Below are positions 41,295 to 55,086 of a stretch of 64,000 nucleotides of DNA, in pieces (positions within the stretch are counted from its first letter, which is position 1; each line of letters starts with the position of its first letter). Source of the stretch: Octopus sinensis (taxonomy: Eukaryota); the NCBI RefSeq assembly GCF_006345805.1, contig NC_043005.1:8866001-8930000 (forward strand), in the 5' to 3' direction. Position numbers and translations under genes: made by a program. Below the pieces are notes generated by a model. It had not been told where the DNA came from. It did not search any database and saw only the letters and a list, made by a program, of their open reading frames with translations.

Positions 41295-41393
41295 CTTTTA
41301 TACGATGCATCGTTTCAGTGTCTTTAATGATAGACCAGCTTAATTAAATTAAATTAAGCTAGTCTACCATAGGTCACACTTCATCAGTAAAAG
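41295..41393 (-). ncRNA. Type I hammerhead ribozyme, unit 2
   Basis: Identical to unit 1. Confidence 0.88.
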
Positions 41394-41767
41394 AAACCTG
41401 GGAGAGACGGATATACACGAGGCGACTGTATCAATGCCTCGGGAATATCTGTCTTAAAATTTTCAAGACCAACGCATTCGCGCCAAACTTATCGGCAGCA
41501 AATATAAACTGCCGATTCAATCTCAGAATTAGTCAGAAAATTATCAATTAATCAATTAAGGGTAGCAAAAAATTCAGTAAAAATTTATCGCTACCAGCGG
41601 CCTGGTGGAAAAGAGAAAATAGTCAAAGACTAAATATATAAATATAACAATTTAGGAATGGCCTAAACAGGCCATTCGTCCACCAGAAAGAGCAGCCAGA
41701 ACTCCAACCGCCAAGTAGTGTAATTCGGAAATAAGGTGAAAATTTAAAAACATTTACCCTAATTCAT

Positions 41768-41866
41768 CTTTTATACGATGCATCGTTTCAGTGTCTTTAA
41801 TGATAGACCAGCTTAATTAAATTAAATTAAGCTAGTCTACCATAGGTCACACTTCATCAGTAAAAG
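41768..41866 (-). ncRNA. Type I hammerhead ribozyme, unit 3
   Basis: Identical to unit 1. Confidence 0.88.
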
Positions 41867-42373
41867 AAACCTGGGAGAGACGGATATACACGAGGCGACT
41901 GTATCAATGCCTCGGGAATATCTGTCTAAAATTTTCAAGACCAACGCATTCGCGCCAAACTTATCGGCAGCAAATATAAACTGCCGATTCAATCTCAGAA
42001 TTAGTCAGAAAATTATCAATTAATCAATTAAGGGTAGCAAAAAATTCAGTAAAAATTTATCGCTACCAGCGCCTGGTGGAAAAGAGAAAATAGTCAAAGA
42101 CTAAATATATAAATATAACAATTGTTTATTTATATATTTAGTCTTTGACTATTTTCTCTTTTCCACCAGGCCGCTGGTAGCGATAAATTTTACTGAATTT
42201 TTTTGCTACCCTTAATTGATTAATTGATAATTTTGACTAATTCTGAGATTGAATCGGCAGTTTATATTTGCTGCGATAAGTTTGGCGCGAATGCGTTGGT
42301 CTTGAAAATTTTAAGACAGATATTCCGAGGCATTGATACAGTCGCCTCGTGTATATCCGTCTCTCCCAGGTTT

Positions 42374-42472
42374 CTTTTACTGATGAAGTGTGACCTATGG
42401 TAGACTAGCTTAATTTAATTTAATTAAGCTGGTCTATCATTAAAGACACTGAAAAGATGCATCGTATAAAAG
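42374..42472 (+). ncRNA. Type I hammerhead ribozyme, inverted unit, C15.2A change
   Basis: GAAAAGAUGCAUCGUA instead of GAAACGAUGCAUCGUA. Confidence 0.75.
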
Positions 42473-43828
42473 ATGAATTAGGGTAAATTTTTTAAATTTT
42501 CACCTATTTCCGAATTACACTACTTGGCGGTTGGAGTTCTGGCTGCTCTTTCTGGTGGACGAATGGCCTGTTTAGGCCATTCCTAAATTGTTATATATAT
42601 ATATATATATAATATATTATATATATATATATATATATAATATATAAAATAAAAAAATATATACATATAATATATATACATATATATATACATATATATA
42701 TATATGTATATATATGTATATATTTATATATATATGTATGTATATATATATATGTATATATTCATATGTATATGTATTATATATATATATATGTATGTAT
42801 GTATATATATATATATTATATATATATATATATATGACTAAGTGTTATGAGTGTATAAGTTATATTGTTATATAAATATGTATATACTTGTATGTATATT
42901 CATATGCAAGTATAAATATATATACACACACATACAATTTATATATTTATGTGTTTATGTAAATATACAGGGACTTTAAGTGTCAAGAGTCGAACAATTA
43001 ATACACTGCATACCTTCATTTTTATATTTTTTGGTATTTATTGTTGTTTACTGCATTTTATGATTGTCAATGAAATAGAATAAATGAAAAGCATATTCTT
43101 TTTGATGAACCTTTACCCAACGCGTTTTAAAGATTAGCAACGTCGATAAATTCTCATCGTAATACAGCTAAAATATATTTACAACTAGCCAATATCTATT
43201 TTATCTCTTTCTATTCAACAAGAGGATGGCACTCTCAGTTTTCACGCCAATAGGGTGTATTCAACTTTTGACATTCTCTTTAAGAAAAGAACGTTTGGGA
43301 TCTGTAAAAGTAGTCGTAACCCTGGCGGCAATGTAGCTGTCAGTTAGATATGTGTTCTGCATAGAACATTCTAACGCTGACTTTTATATTCTATTATTGT
43401 AACAAGTTTTTATTGGCTAAGATTTTACTTTTCTGCATTGCTTGTCGTTTTACAACACATTTGTACAACAGTCAAATCATAAATTAGAAGAGGCGTCTCC
43501 AGAGGACATTAGTTGTACAAATATATTCCAAACACAGAATAATACAAGTAGATACACACGCACACAAACACAAACCCACATAACATCACAGGCAAAACAA
43601 TTGTATAAATAACATACTTGGCATGTATAAATAAAACCAAATATATATAAAATGTATGGTGAAATGCATGGATCAGAGTACGTGTATAAACAAAGGTATG
43701 TCTACACACTGAATGTGTATGTATGTATCTATGTATGTATACACACACACATATATATACGCACATACACACGTACATATATATATATATATATATACAC
43801 ATACATTTAGATATAAACACACACACAC

Positions 43829-43894
<66 letters not shown>

Positions 43895-44988
43895 ATATTA
43901 CATACATATATTACACGCATGCATATATCTGTATGTATATATATATGTACATATGTACGTTTGTATGTATATACGTATTTAGCAATATACATACATATAT
44001 ATATATATACATATATATATATGTGTATATTTATATATGTATATATAAATATAAATATATATATAAATATATTGAAGAGTCACCATGTCTACTAACAAAG
44101 CGTTATATTTCACTTTGTGGTTCTGCATGGTGTCACGTGTGCGCTGACATTCGCGCGCTCACTGGGATACACACAGAAACAAGCTCAGAAACACACATAG
44201 AATCTACATACCCACTACATTCAATGCTGCTGTTGACGGTGGGGAACAAAACAGTCCCGCAATATCTGCGACTTCTACCATTGCCATCGCCACTACTGGA
44301 TGTACTGCTTAAACCATTTCTACTGTTTGTAATAGTGCGGTTGGTACAGTATCTACACCTACTAATGCTATTATTATCACCACCACAATAACACATATAC
44401 TTAGCACACCTTAATATCAGCATCGCCAGTAACGAAAAATATTCAACCGCTGTTAAAACAGTCACTACAGCTCTTGCGTCCCAGTAGCACCGCAGGCAGT
44501 CAAACAATAGAAACAATTGGATTATTCAAGAAAAATATGTAAACTGTCAAGAATTCTTTCAAGAACGAGTAATGTAAATTAGTTCAATATATTTTCTCTT
44601 TCTATGCAGAACGAGTAAATCGTGGTAAACAACTGAAACCGGAAGCATATTTTAATTAAATTGAAAATGTTTCTTTTTCTGTTTTATTTTTGTGATAAAC
44701 CTAAAAAGTTTTCTACTGTTTCTGATATAAATGTACTCATTTGAAACCTTTTGCATCCTGTACAATAGAATAACAATAGAATACAATACGATACGTATAC
44801 ATACATACAAACATACATACTTACAAACAAAAATGCCCTGTTGTTGATGTTGAAATTCCAATGAAGGAATCTTGGATCTAGGTTAGAAACCGGTTCGTTT
44901 TCTATTGGCAAGAAATCTTGAAAAGAACTGAATAATGACATATATACATACATACATACATACATACATACATACATACATACATACA

Positions 44989-45022
<34 letters not shown>

Positions 45023-45289
45023 AACATGAAGGTAAGTAAAAAATTATTTGTATTCTTGTTCCTGTAATTTATTAAAACAAAAGCAAAGTTGAACAATTAC
45101 ATTAGTTTTCAGTTACATTAGATTTCAATTACATCATTTCCTTTGCTTTTTGATGTAGTTCTTGTTGCTAGCCACAGGCATATTTATTCCATCGAAGTGG
45201 AAGCTTTTCAGCTGGTTGCATAAGCATTTAAGTTTTCAAAGAGGTGATAGTATGAAGTGGGAAAATCTGAACTGTATGCAGGGTGTTCC

Positions 45290-46050
45290 CGTCCCTAAAG
45301 AAACATTGTGTCATTGTTTCAACCACGTGGACGTTCTTATGTAGACGTATATTGTTGGGCAACAAGAACACTTGCTTTGACAACAGGTCCCGGCGTTTGG
45401 TACGAATTGCATTTCACTGCAGCCTAACTGGTGATTGTAAACCCCTTTTTCCAGGTGATGTTCCAGTGTAAGCTTTTTAGCATCACATTTTTTTCTGCGG
45501 AAGTCTGTCTTGAATTTCTTTTTGCGATGGCAATTTGTTTTTTTCCATTCCACTCTGCATTTGGGATTCTGGCTCAAAGTGATGAATCAAGGTCTTATCT
45601 CCTGTGACTACTATCTCAACATAATTCATTGCTTTCATTGTTGCGGCGGTCGAATAATCTCTGACAGTTCTCCACACGATTGCACTTGGGCAATTTGGTA
45701 AGATCTCTTGGCGCCCATGTGCACACTGTCTTTACGGAAGCGAAGATTTTCGTGAATTATTTCTTGTGCAAAATTATGAATAATTTGCAGAGAAAATGCT
45801 GCCTCATCGATGGTTACAAGCTAGCTGAATCTTCACATCGGTGTTGGACGTAGATGGGTGCACTGCTCCCAATTTGTGCTTCTCAAGTGAGAAATCATTT
45901 TCAAACTTCTCCATCCATTTATACTCACGTCTACGCGATTGAGCGCTTTCCGTGTATTGCACTGAAAGCGTGTGATAAAAGTGAACACGAGATACAGCTT
46001 CAGACCAGGAAAATCGGATCCCTGATTTCAGTTCTTCCTCGATGCACATA
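45290..46050 (-). mobile_element. mariner transposase remnant
   Basis: KSGIRFSWSEAVS...YKWMEKF; IVVTGDKTLIHHFEPESQMQS; KKKFKT. Confidence 0.8.
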
Positions 46051-46103
46051 TATCATTTGCAACACAGGAAAGAATAATGAAGCGTATGTATATGCTTATA
46101 TAT

Positions 46104-46161
<58 letters not shown>

Positions 46162-47169
46162 TATATTATATATAGATATATATATATGTATGTATGTATA
46201 TATATGTATATAAGTATGTATGTGTGTGTGTTTGTATATCCATTTATTTACATTTATATATACACACATACACGCACACACAAGCACAAACATACGAAGA
46301 CAGATACTCACAGACACACGCGCGCGTTACAGACACACAGTTATAATAATGAAGTCACACCAAACAGTTGTATTTCGAAATCATTTAATACGAACGTTTC
46401 GGGTTTGCTTAATATAAAATTAGAAATGCGTCCAGTACGTAAAACTGGAACGTACGTATTAAATGAGATCAAAATATTGCCCTTTGATTTGACCTCATTA
46501 TCATAACTAATGCAACTCGATGCCACCACAAACAATCAAGTCTTGAATCCACTTATAGAGATATTCAAACAACGATTAGTTTGCTTATATTTTGACTTTA
46601 GTCGTACTTCCAATACAACGCTCAACCGAGCTTTAGGCTGTTTACACTGTCGGATTCTAGACTAACATAGAGCTTTTCAAGATGTACGAAAAATGATTTC
46701 ACACGGGTAAAACCGTTGTGTGGGTTTAGAGAACAGTAAAGTATAAGCAAGATGAGAAGATAGTGTTAGGCACATCCTTAATGATCAGTGAAAATTGTAA
46801 CTGTCCCTTCTCCGGGGTCAACGTCAGCTTAGAAATCTCGATAAATACCCTTTAGAAAACGGAAAAAAGTGACCAGAAAGCTCCTAAAGAAAATCAAACC
46901 CTTTATACATGTCAATAATATATATATATATATATATGATATATGTATATACAAATACATATAAATATATGTGTATATATACATATACATATACATACAT
47001 ATATACATATATAAGTATGTATGTATATATGTATATATATATATATATATGTGAATATATATATATATATAACGGGAAGCTTTATGAAAATAGACAAAAG
47101 ACGAAGGCAGGTGGAAAACAAACGAACAATTGTATTAGTATGGCGCTCAGGAAATATAAATAAAACAAG

Positions 47170-47207
47170 TCTTTAACGTTTCGAGCCTACGCTCTTCAAC
47201 AGAAAGA
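47170..47207 (-). ncRNA. PLE-type minimal hammerhead-like motif with A6U change
   Basis: UCUUU-CUGUUGA-A-GAGC guag GCUC-GAAA-CGU-U-AAAGA. Confidence 0.45.
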
Positions 47208-47669
47208 TACACAGAGAGAAAAAAAACACAGAAAGAAGGAGAGAAAAAAAATGCGTGCAGTAGCTAACGAATCAACATGGTGATCTGATTTCGGCCAGAG
47301 GTCAAAGATCAAACATGGGACGCGAAAGCGAAATAAGGGGAGATAATAGGGTTGATAATAGGGTTGATAATAGGGTTGAAGGACCAGCTAATAGTGCGTA
47401 GGAGGGGTCTGGACGTGTGTATGTATAGGGTTGGTGTATGTATTAGTATGTATTAGTATGTATTAGTACGTATTAGTATGTATAAGTGTGTGTGCGTGTG
47501 TATGAGAGAGTATAAGTGCGTATGAGGGGTCTGGACGTGTGTATGTATAGGGTTGGTGTATGTATTAGTATGTATTAGTATGTATTAGTACGTATTAGTA
47601 TGTATTAGTTGGTGTATGTATTAGTATGGCACATCGTATATGATGTGATGTGTAAAGTCGTGTGGTGTA

Positions 47670-48005
47670 GTGAGAAGAGGGGGAGGGGGAGAAGAGGGGG
47701 AGAAGGGGAGGGGAAGAAGAGGGGAGGAGAGGGGGGAAGAGGAGAGGATGGGGAGGGAGAGAGAGGAGGGGGAGAAGGAAGGGGAGGAGGGGGAGGAAGG
47801 AGGAAAGAGGGAGAGGGGGAGAGAGAAGGGGAGTGAGGGAGTGAGGGAGCAGAGGGAAGGGGAAGAGGGAAGGAGGGAGGAGAAGAGGGAAGAAGGGAAG
47901 GGGAGTAGGGGTGAAAGGATGAAGGACTGAGTGAAGTAGAAGTAGGGGTCGGGGGAAAAGGATAGGTGAGGAGGGGGAGAGGGGGGTTAGATGAGGAGGG
48001 GGGGA
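47670..48005. repeat. Polypurine (G/A) tract
   Basis: Seen directly; about 330 bp of nearly pure G/A. Confidence 0.9.
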
Positions 48006-50588
48006 GAGTTGAAACCAAATGGCGTATAAGAGCGAAGAGAGAAGATTAATTCCTGTTCACGGCGCAAACGGGAATCCGGATGGCCTCTGTGTAAGGACAA
48101 ACCGAATTAGGGACTTTGCAGCCTTTGAAACATATGTAGAAAATAATAAAAAGTAATTTTTTTAAATCTTCGTTCAGCTCCATTCTTCCTACACTAAATA
48201 TATATATATATATATAATATATATATATATACATATACATATATATATATGTGTATATATTTAAAGTGATAAAATTTGAATACAATTCCACGAATTTTAA
48301 GTCGCCATAGATAATCCAAACTCAGACACTTAGGTATTCTATATTCTTTATTGAATTTATTGCCGCCAACAATACTGAAATATCACCTCCAAAGAATTCT
48401 AACAAAAATGATTCAATTTATTTACGTATCGTTTATATAAGGAAGGAACATTATCATATTAGCGTGCAATTAAGAAAATATTATGAGTGTTAATTAGTTA
48501 ATCAACATGTAAGGAAAACCAGTATGGTGACTAGAATATCAAAAAATGATAATAAGGCCACATTTAGTTCTTAGCGGTTGCACATTTAAGAAATGTACTG
48601 AGCTTTCACACGTATTTGTAGGCCATGTAAAGATATACAGTTTACTGCTTGCGAATGGTAACGATTGAAACCGAATGGAAAGCAATTCGAGAGTTTGAGT
48701 GACCGGCAGCTAACACCATACAACCGGGCTTAGATCGGTGTAATAACTTGAGAACAATAGTGACTGAAGTGGGCTCATTAAACTACCAATGCACCCATTG
48801 ATAAGATGGAGTAATAATAATTGATTTTAATACAATTCCTAATAATTTTTTCAACGTCGGTACAAATCCAGAAATTTGCCAGTCTATAAAAAATAATTAT
48901 ATAACTTAACTGTTACTCCACTTTATCAACTTCAATGGATGAAACGCAAAGTACATCTCGATGAAACCTGAAGTGAGAGCGTAATTAGCTGTAATTAAAT
49001 ACCACAATGCATTTTATGTGACTCCTAAAATATTTGCTGGTCCCTCACCCATAAGTTATTTCCAGTAGTACTGAAATTAACAGAGGTACAAAAATAAGTT
49101 TTGAGGGAGAGTATAGTCGTTTATATCCATCCAATAATTAACTAGTACTTTAATTTGGCAACCACAAAAATATAAAATGCGAAGTTGAAACCAGCGAGAT
49201 TTAAACATGGAGAGCCGTGACTGAATAAATACTGCAAGGAATTTTGCCCGACGCTCTGAGGAATTTTCAAATCCACCGTTGTATATAATAATACAGTTTT
49301 CACATTTAGGCCACTTGCGAAAGATCATGTTTCGCCCGGCATAAGAGTGACGTCACATCAAGATGTTTTTATAATTCTAAATTCAAGAATCCATCTTCAT
49401 AATTCTGTTTTATAACAGTAGTTACCCCATCTGGCAAAATCTGTCATTTAGATATACATACCTGCCGAGATAAGCATGAGTTATTCCATATTGTAGAAAA
49501 TGGCTTAAAATATCGTTTGGTATGCATTAGGATGATCAAATGTATTAATCGAAATACAGGAACTTTTTCTTTGCACTAAATACAGTTTGTATTATAAACA
49601 GAGAAAAAGCTAACTATGAGAAGTTTGTTTCAATATTAAGATAACTGATAATACTTATTTCTTCGTGTTAATACGGTTACAGCACTGGCAGCTGTCTTTG
49701 GTTTTGATGTTGCTGTTTAGTGTTTATTTTTATCTATGTAAAAGGTATTTTTCTAAGATAATTTAAGTTCACATTTATCTCCTTAGTTTAATCGGCTTGG
49801 TGTTAAAGATACCCTGCCTCACACCTATGCTACCATTTTCTGTCATTAATCTAGTTGTACCAGTGGGAATAAGGTAAGCAGTTTACCATAAGATAGCTAA
49901 ACACACGCCTTAGTTTACCAAAACAAAATATAGCGAACCTCGCCTTTGAAGATACTCTACTACGTTCTGAAAGTATCCAATTTCTAGATCATTTAGTTCA
50001 AACATTACCTTCCGACCTGGAAGCTTTTTGTCGGTTTTATCTAGTAAAAACATTTGCATTATCTCAGAATTATCTGGGTCATTTTGCGGGGAATGCCACT
50101 TTAAGATACACGCCTTCCTTCCGTTGGTATTTGGAGTTTGTCAAACTGACTGCAGCATCTGATATCTGTAGACAAAAACCAAAATGTTCGCTTCTCTCTT
50201 GATATATTGTACCTCCGGCGGAAGGAGATATAGCTCGACATCAGGTTTGGCATGATATCTCTCAGATATTGATAAGGGCCATTTACAGTTAACCGAGAAG
50301 GTAGACTTTGTTTTGTAAGAATTCAGGTAAACTTGAGAATTTACACCGGTGAGTGTGTTAAATTATAAGGCACAAAAAGAAAATGACTCTCCCCAGACAC
50401 AACAGAATATTCCATAAACATCATTCCGAACACTGCTATGAATATATAACCATCTAGATACAGGCATTTAAACAATAGAGAAAGAATACGCACACAGCAC
50501 GCACACACGCACGCATATTTGTATGTAAAGCATATACATATAAAGGGATGCATACATATATGTGTGTGTGTATATATTTATATATATA

Positions 50589-50636
<48 letters not shown>

Positions 50637-50711
50637 AATCATACAAAAACGCACACACGCATATATATATATATACACACACGCAATTATACATACACAC
50701 ACATACACGCG

Positions 50712-50750
<39 letters not shown>

Positions 50751-51052
50751 AGAGTGTGTGTGTATGTATGTATGTATGTATGTATGTATGTATGTATGTA
50801 TGTATGTATGTATGTCTGTATGTATGCGTGTATGCTCATACACGTGTGATCGTGTATGTGTGTGTGTGTGTGTTGACAGTACAAACAGCACCGCAGGAAC
50901 ACTTCAAAAACAATATTCCTAAGTAAATATTTATATGTTTAAAGAAAATATTGTTTTTCTGTTGAATGAAACTCAGGAATATACCCGGAAATCTGGGCAT
51001 CAAGTCGCGTGCATAAAATTTGCCTCTTTCGGAGCATTCTGAATCCGCAACA

Positions 51053-51181
51053 GAAATTGTGTTTCCTACTGTAGCAAAAATAAAAATAAAACGGGACATC
51101 AGAAAAAATGAGAAATACAAAAAAAAAAAAAAGAGTAAAATAAAAGAACGTTGATTAACTCACACATGTGGTAGACTGGTT
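51053..51181 (+). repeat. Left arm of an inverted repeat pair
   Basis: Reverse complement of 53724-53850. Confidence 0.85.
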
Positions 51182-51224
51182 ATGAGCCTAAAACTAGCTT
51201 GCATATTCTGCTTCTATATGGATG

Positions 51225-51605
51225 GGAAACACTCCATCGGTTACGACGACGAGGGTTCCGGTTGATCCGATCAACGGAACAGCCTGCTCGTGAAATTAAC
51301 GTGTAAGTGGCTGAGCACTCCGCAGACACGTGTACCCTTAAAGTAGTTCTCGGGGATATTCAGCGTGACACAGAGAGTGACAAGGCCGGCCCTTTGAAAT
51401 ACAGGTACAACAGAAACAGGAAGTAAGAGTGAGAGAAAGTTGTGGTGAAAGAGTACAGCAGGGATCACCACCATCCCCTGCCGGAGCCTCGTGGAGCTTT
51501 AGGTGTTTTCGCTCAATAAACACTCACAACGCTCTGTCTGGGAATCGAAACCGCGATCCTACGACCACGAGTCCGCTGCCCTAACCACTGGGCCATTGCA
51601 CCTCC
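51225..51605 (-). mobile_element. SINE family A
   Basis: 13-bp TSD TCTGCTTCTATAT at 51207-51219 and 51608-51620. Confidence 0.92.
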
Positions 51606-52184
51606 ACTCTGCTTCTATATACGTAATCATTGAATGAAGTTTTACATATAAACCCTGAACGTTAACTAATTACAGATTTTATGACGAGAAAAAATAAATC
51701 GTGATAGCATTTAATATCACGTGTTGCGAATTACTTAATATATAAATATATGCATATATATTGGAGTTTAATGCTCATAAAATTGAAATGAATATACCCC
51801 GGAGATTATTGGTCTGAGATACATATGATCTAGGAAGACGTTATTAGAATATCCCTGTTTAATATAATTTGAGTAATAATTTCTGAATTTAATGAAAATG
51901 AGATATGGCTTAATGTTGATAATTTAAACATTTAAGGGATATGTTACACAGTAATCTCACAGTTATATATTTTTACGCTTTGGCAAGTCTTTCCTAATGA
52001 CAGGCAGGGAAATGTGTGTTGTGTGATTCGAGATTTTCGACGGTTCACCTGTACAAGGCCAGCGCGTTTGAGAGAAAGAGGATCTCGATTACATTGACTA
52101 CAGTATCCAACTGGCACGTATTTTATTGAAAGGATGAACGGCAAAGTTAATTGTTTTTTTTTTTTGAAGTACAAAAGAACGACA

Positions 52185-52458
<274 letters not shown>

Positions 52459-52659
52459 AATCCTTTCTACTATAGGCAAAAGGCCTGAAATTTTGGGAAC
52501 GTGGTGTAATCGACCCACGCGCTCGACTGGTATTTATTTTATTGATCATAATATATGAGCGGCAAAGTCAAACCATGGTGGAATAGGAAAGTAGAAGTGA
52601 AATCGGGAAGAAATGCTGTGAAGCATTTTGTTCGATGCACTAACAAAATTATTGTTATA

Positions 52660-53633
52660 TATAACCATGACGCCTCGTACCCGGTTGGTATCTCCTCTAT
52701 CGTAATTTTTGCTGTTCTCCTTCCTAAATATGTTGGAAGGAAGATTATTTCGTCGTTCCTTAATGTTTGAGTGGATGGACCTTTTCGGTTTGAACGGCAG
52801 TTTTTAACATAATTTCTAGGTAACTAAAAAATTTTCAACTTCGTATACTGGTAGAATTTGTCTATAAAACATCTTTTTCTCTTGGCTTTATTGAGAAAAT
52901 TCTATAGTTTGTAGGATATTTGTTGTTTTATTTCTTCAATTTCTGCAATTTCAACCAATCAAATACGTCTATTGAGGTAAAAAAAAACATTATGTGCCGT
53001 ATGAATATGTCCCTCGTCTTAGAAACAGATTGGGTTTATTTACATTTGTGAAAAAAAAAGATACCCTTCCCCCACCCCTAACCCTATCCCTAACCCTAAC
53101 CCTAAAACAGATTGAAATGCAATAGATCGATACTATGGTCATAATTATGGGCGACAATTATTTCATATGACACCGCTAGAAAAAACTGCTGTTCAAACCG
53201 AAAAGATCCGAGTGGATATCTGCTTTGCCATTTCGGCATCTTTAAAATGCACCTCCACTCTAGCGCTTCTCACTCTTTTTCCTATGTACACAGTTTTGTC
53301 CCAAATGGGCGCCGGACACCTTTCCACTGTTTCATTTTTTGTAGGCATTATTTTCTTTTCTTTTTTGCTGTAAATTATATAGACCACCATTTTAGATGCC
53401 AGGCTTTGTATGGTCTCTTGTGGTGGCAAGAGTCTACTGTCACTTCTCGTCTTCTTTATTAGATTTCTGAACTTAAACAGTTGTTCCTTTGATACGTTCA
53501 TTTCTATAAAGTTGCCTCCAAATCTCGGTTTTTCCCTTTCATTTGCTTCAACACTTCCCTGCATTGAGGGGAAATCCTTATCTGATTTTAAATCAAATTC
53601 CATTTTTTGACACAACATTGCCTTTACAGACAA
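52660..53633 (-). pseudogene. LINE ORF1/gag-like reading frame interrupted by a MITE
   Basis: ...RSARVEVHFKDAEMAKQIST continues in frame as QTLRNDEIIFLPTYLGRRTAKITIEEIPTGYEASWL after removing the MITE and one TSD. Confidence 0.6.
52777..53209. mobile_element. MITE with ~30-bp GG-start TIRs, 8-bp TSD and internal CCCTAA repeats
   Basis: GAGTGGAT at 52769-52776 and 53210-53217; TIR related to the 39714 MITE. Confidence 0.9.
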
Positions 53634-53723
53634 CTACGTAAGAATAACACACTTTCTGTCACAAATGTCAAAAGTAGAAAATATATTTCACCATGTACCG
53701 GGCAAAGTTCACATTAATTAATT

Positions 53724-53850
53724 AACCAGTCTACCACATGTGTGAGTTAATCAACGTTCTTTTTCTTTTTCTTTTTTTTTTTTTGTATTTCTCATTTTTT
53801 CTGATGTCCCCTTTTATTTTTATTTTTGCTACAGTAGGAAAAACAATTTC
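53724..53850 (-). repeat. Right arm of an inverted repeat pair
   Basis: Reverse complement of 51053-51181. Confidence 0.85.
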
Positions 53851-54199
53851 AGTAGTAACGACTTCGAACGTTCGATTCACACAGGAATCCACAAAACGGC
53901 ATAACAATTAAGTAAAATCACCAACAGAAAAATAAGACTGACACTAGCAAAGATTCCAGCAGCAAACGATGTAGTGACGAGAGGCAAAAGTCACTGACGT
54001 GAATGGCTCTTAGTCTAATCGACAAAGAAGCGAAGAGCAAGCTGTTTTTATTAATGGAACGCTAGACATTCTAGAAACTTCCAAGAGAAACGCTAAGCTT
54101 CTTGAATAATTAAGAATTACGTCTCATGATACAGATGCTACAATTTGACAAATACGCGACCAATTTTCTTATGTTTTCTTAAATTTTCTCTAGAACAAT

Positions 54200-54294
54200 G
54201 CATAACACCAACATGAACTTCTTACTTGTTGCCTCTTGAGGTCTCTGGGTGAGAGCTGGAGCCAACCTGTACAAATACAAGGCAAAAATCAAGC

Positions 54295-54297
<3 letters not shown>
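54200..54297 (+). mobile_element. Probable LINE 3' end with (AAT)n tail
   Basis: Homologous to 31432-31530. Confidence 0.55.
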
Positions 54298-54388
<91 letters not shown>

Positions 54389-54408
54389 AATTATTATTAT
54401 TAAAATTA

Positions 54409-54468
<60 letters not shown>

Positions 54469-54490
54469 CATTATTATAATTATTATTATA

Positions 54491-55050
54491 ATGCCCTGAT
54501 GCAGTACCAGGCACTGGCTCTCGTGGCTCCTGATCTTAACTGATTGGAAGTGTTATCGTGTACATTGTTTTCTCTTGGTATAAAAGATGGGCTACAGCAA
54601 ATATTCTGCTCAATACCACAGATTTGCCTGTCAGTTGTTTGACCTTAACCAGTTGAGCATGTCCCTTAGTGGCTGACGACGTGTGCATCTTTCATCACGA
54701 GCAGAAGTAGTGGGGGAGCATCATAGCCATGTGTTGAGAGGGATTCTTTGGGGTTGAGATAATTCACCTCTGGAAACATGGGTGTTTCGTTCAACATCCT
54801 TAAACAATCCTTATTCAGGGACCTATTGAACGGAATGGGTTACTCGACCAGAAGAAAATTCTAATTGGGCCCAACCTGCAGGGTCATGCGCTGTTTAACT
54901 TGATATGAGATCACCATGTCGCACAGATATGTTTGCGATGAATGTATCTGGTGTACCCTTATCATACGGGTAGTTATGATGGGTATACTGGGCTTCGTAT
55001 ATTTTCCCCAGTGTCACTTTGATGGCATGCACTACTCTCTCACTCAGTAA

Positions 55051-55086
<36 letters not shown>

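Larger units (their letters stand above)
40601..42595. mobile_element. Retrozyme/PLE-pLTR-like array: 3 direct ~473-bp units, a partial unit and one inverted unit, inside (TA)n
   Basis: Unit starts at 40601, 41075, 41547, 42019; fold-back centre 42121/42122; no ORF; one HHR per unit. Confidence 0.9.
47072..48105 (-). mobile_element. Penelope-like element 3' end (GIY-YIG C-terminus plus pLTR-like region)
   Basis: 48103-48002 encodes GLSLHRGHPDSRLRREQELIFSLRSYTPFGFNSP (R.RE..LIF.L....P.G.N motif); HHR-like motif downstream. Confidence 0.75.

Noticed and set aside
40601-42018. CRISPR-like or simple satellite reading of the array
   Set aside because: No repeat-spacer alternation, eukaryotic context, and each unit carries a ribozyme
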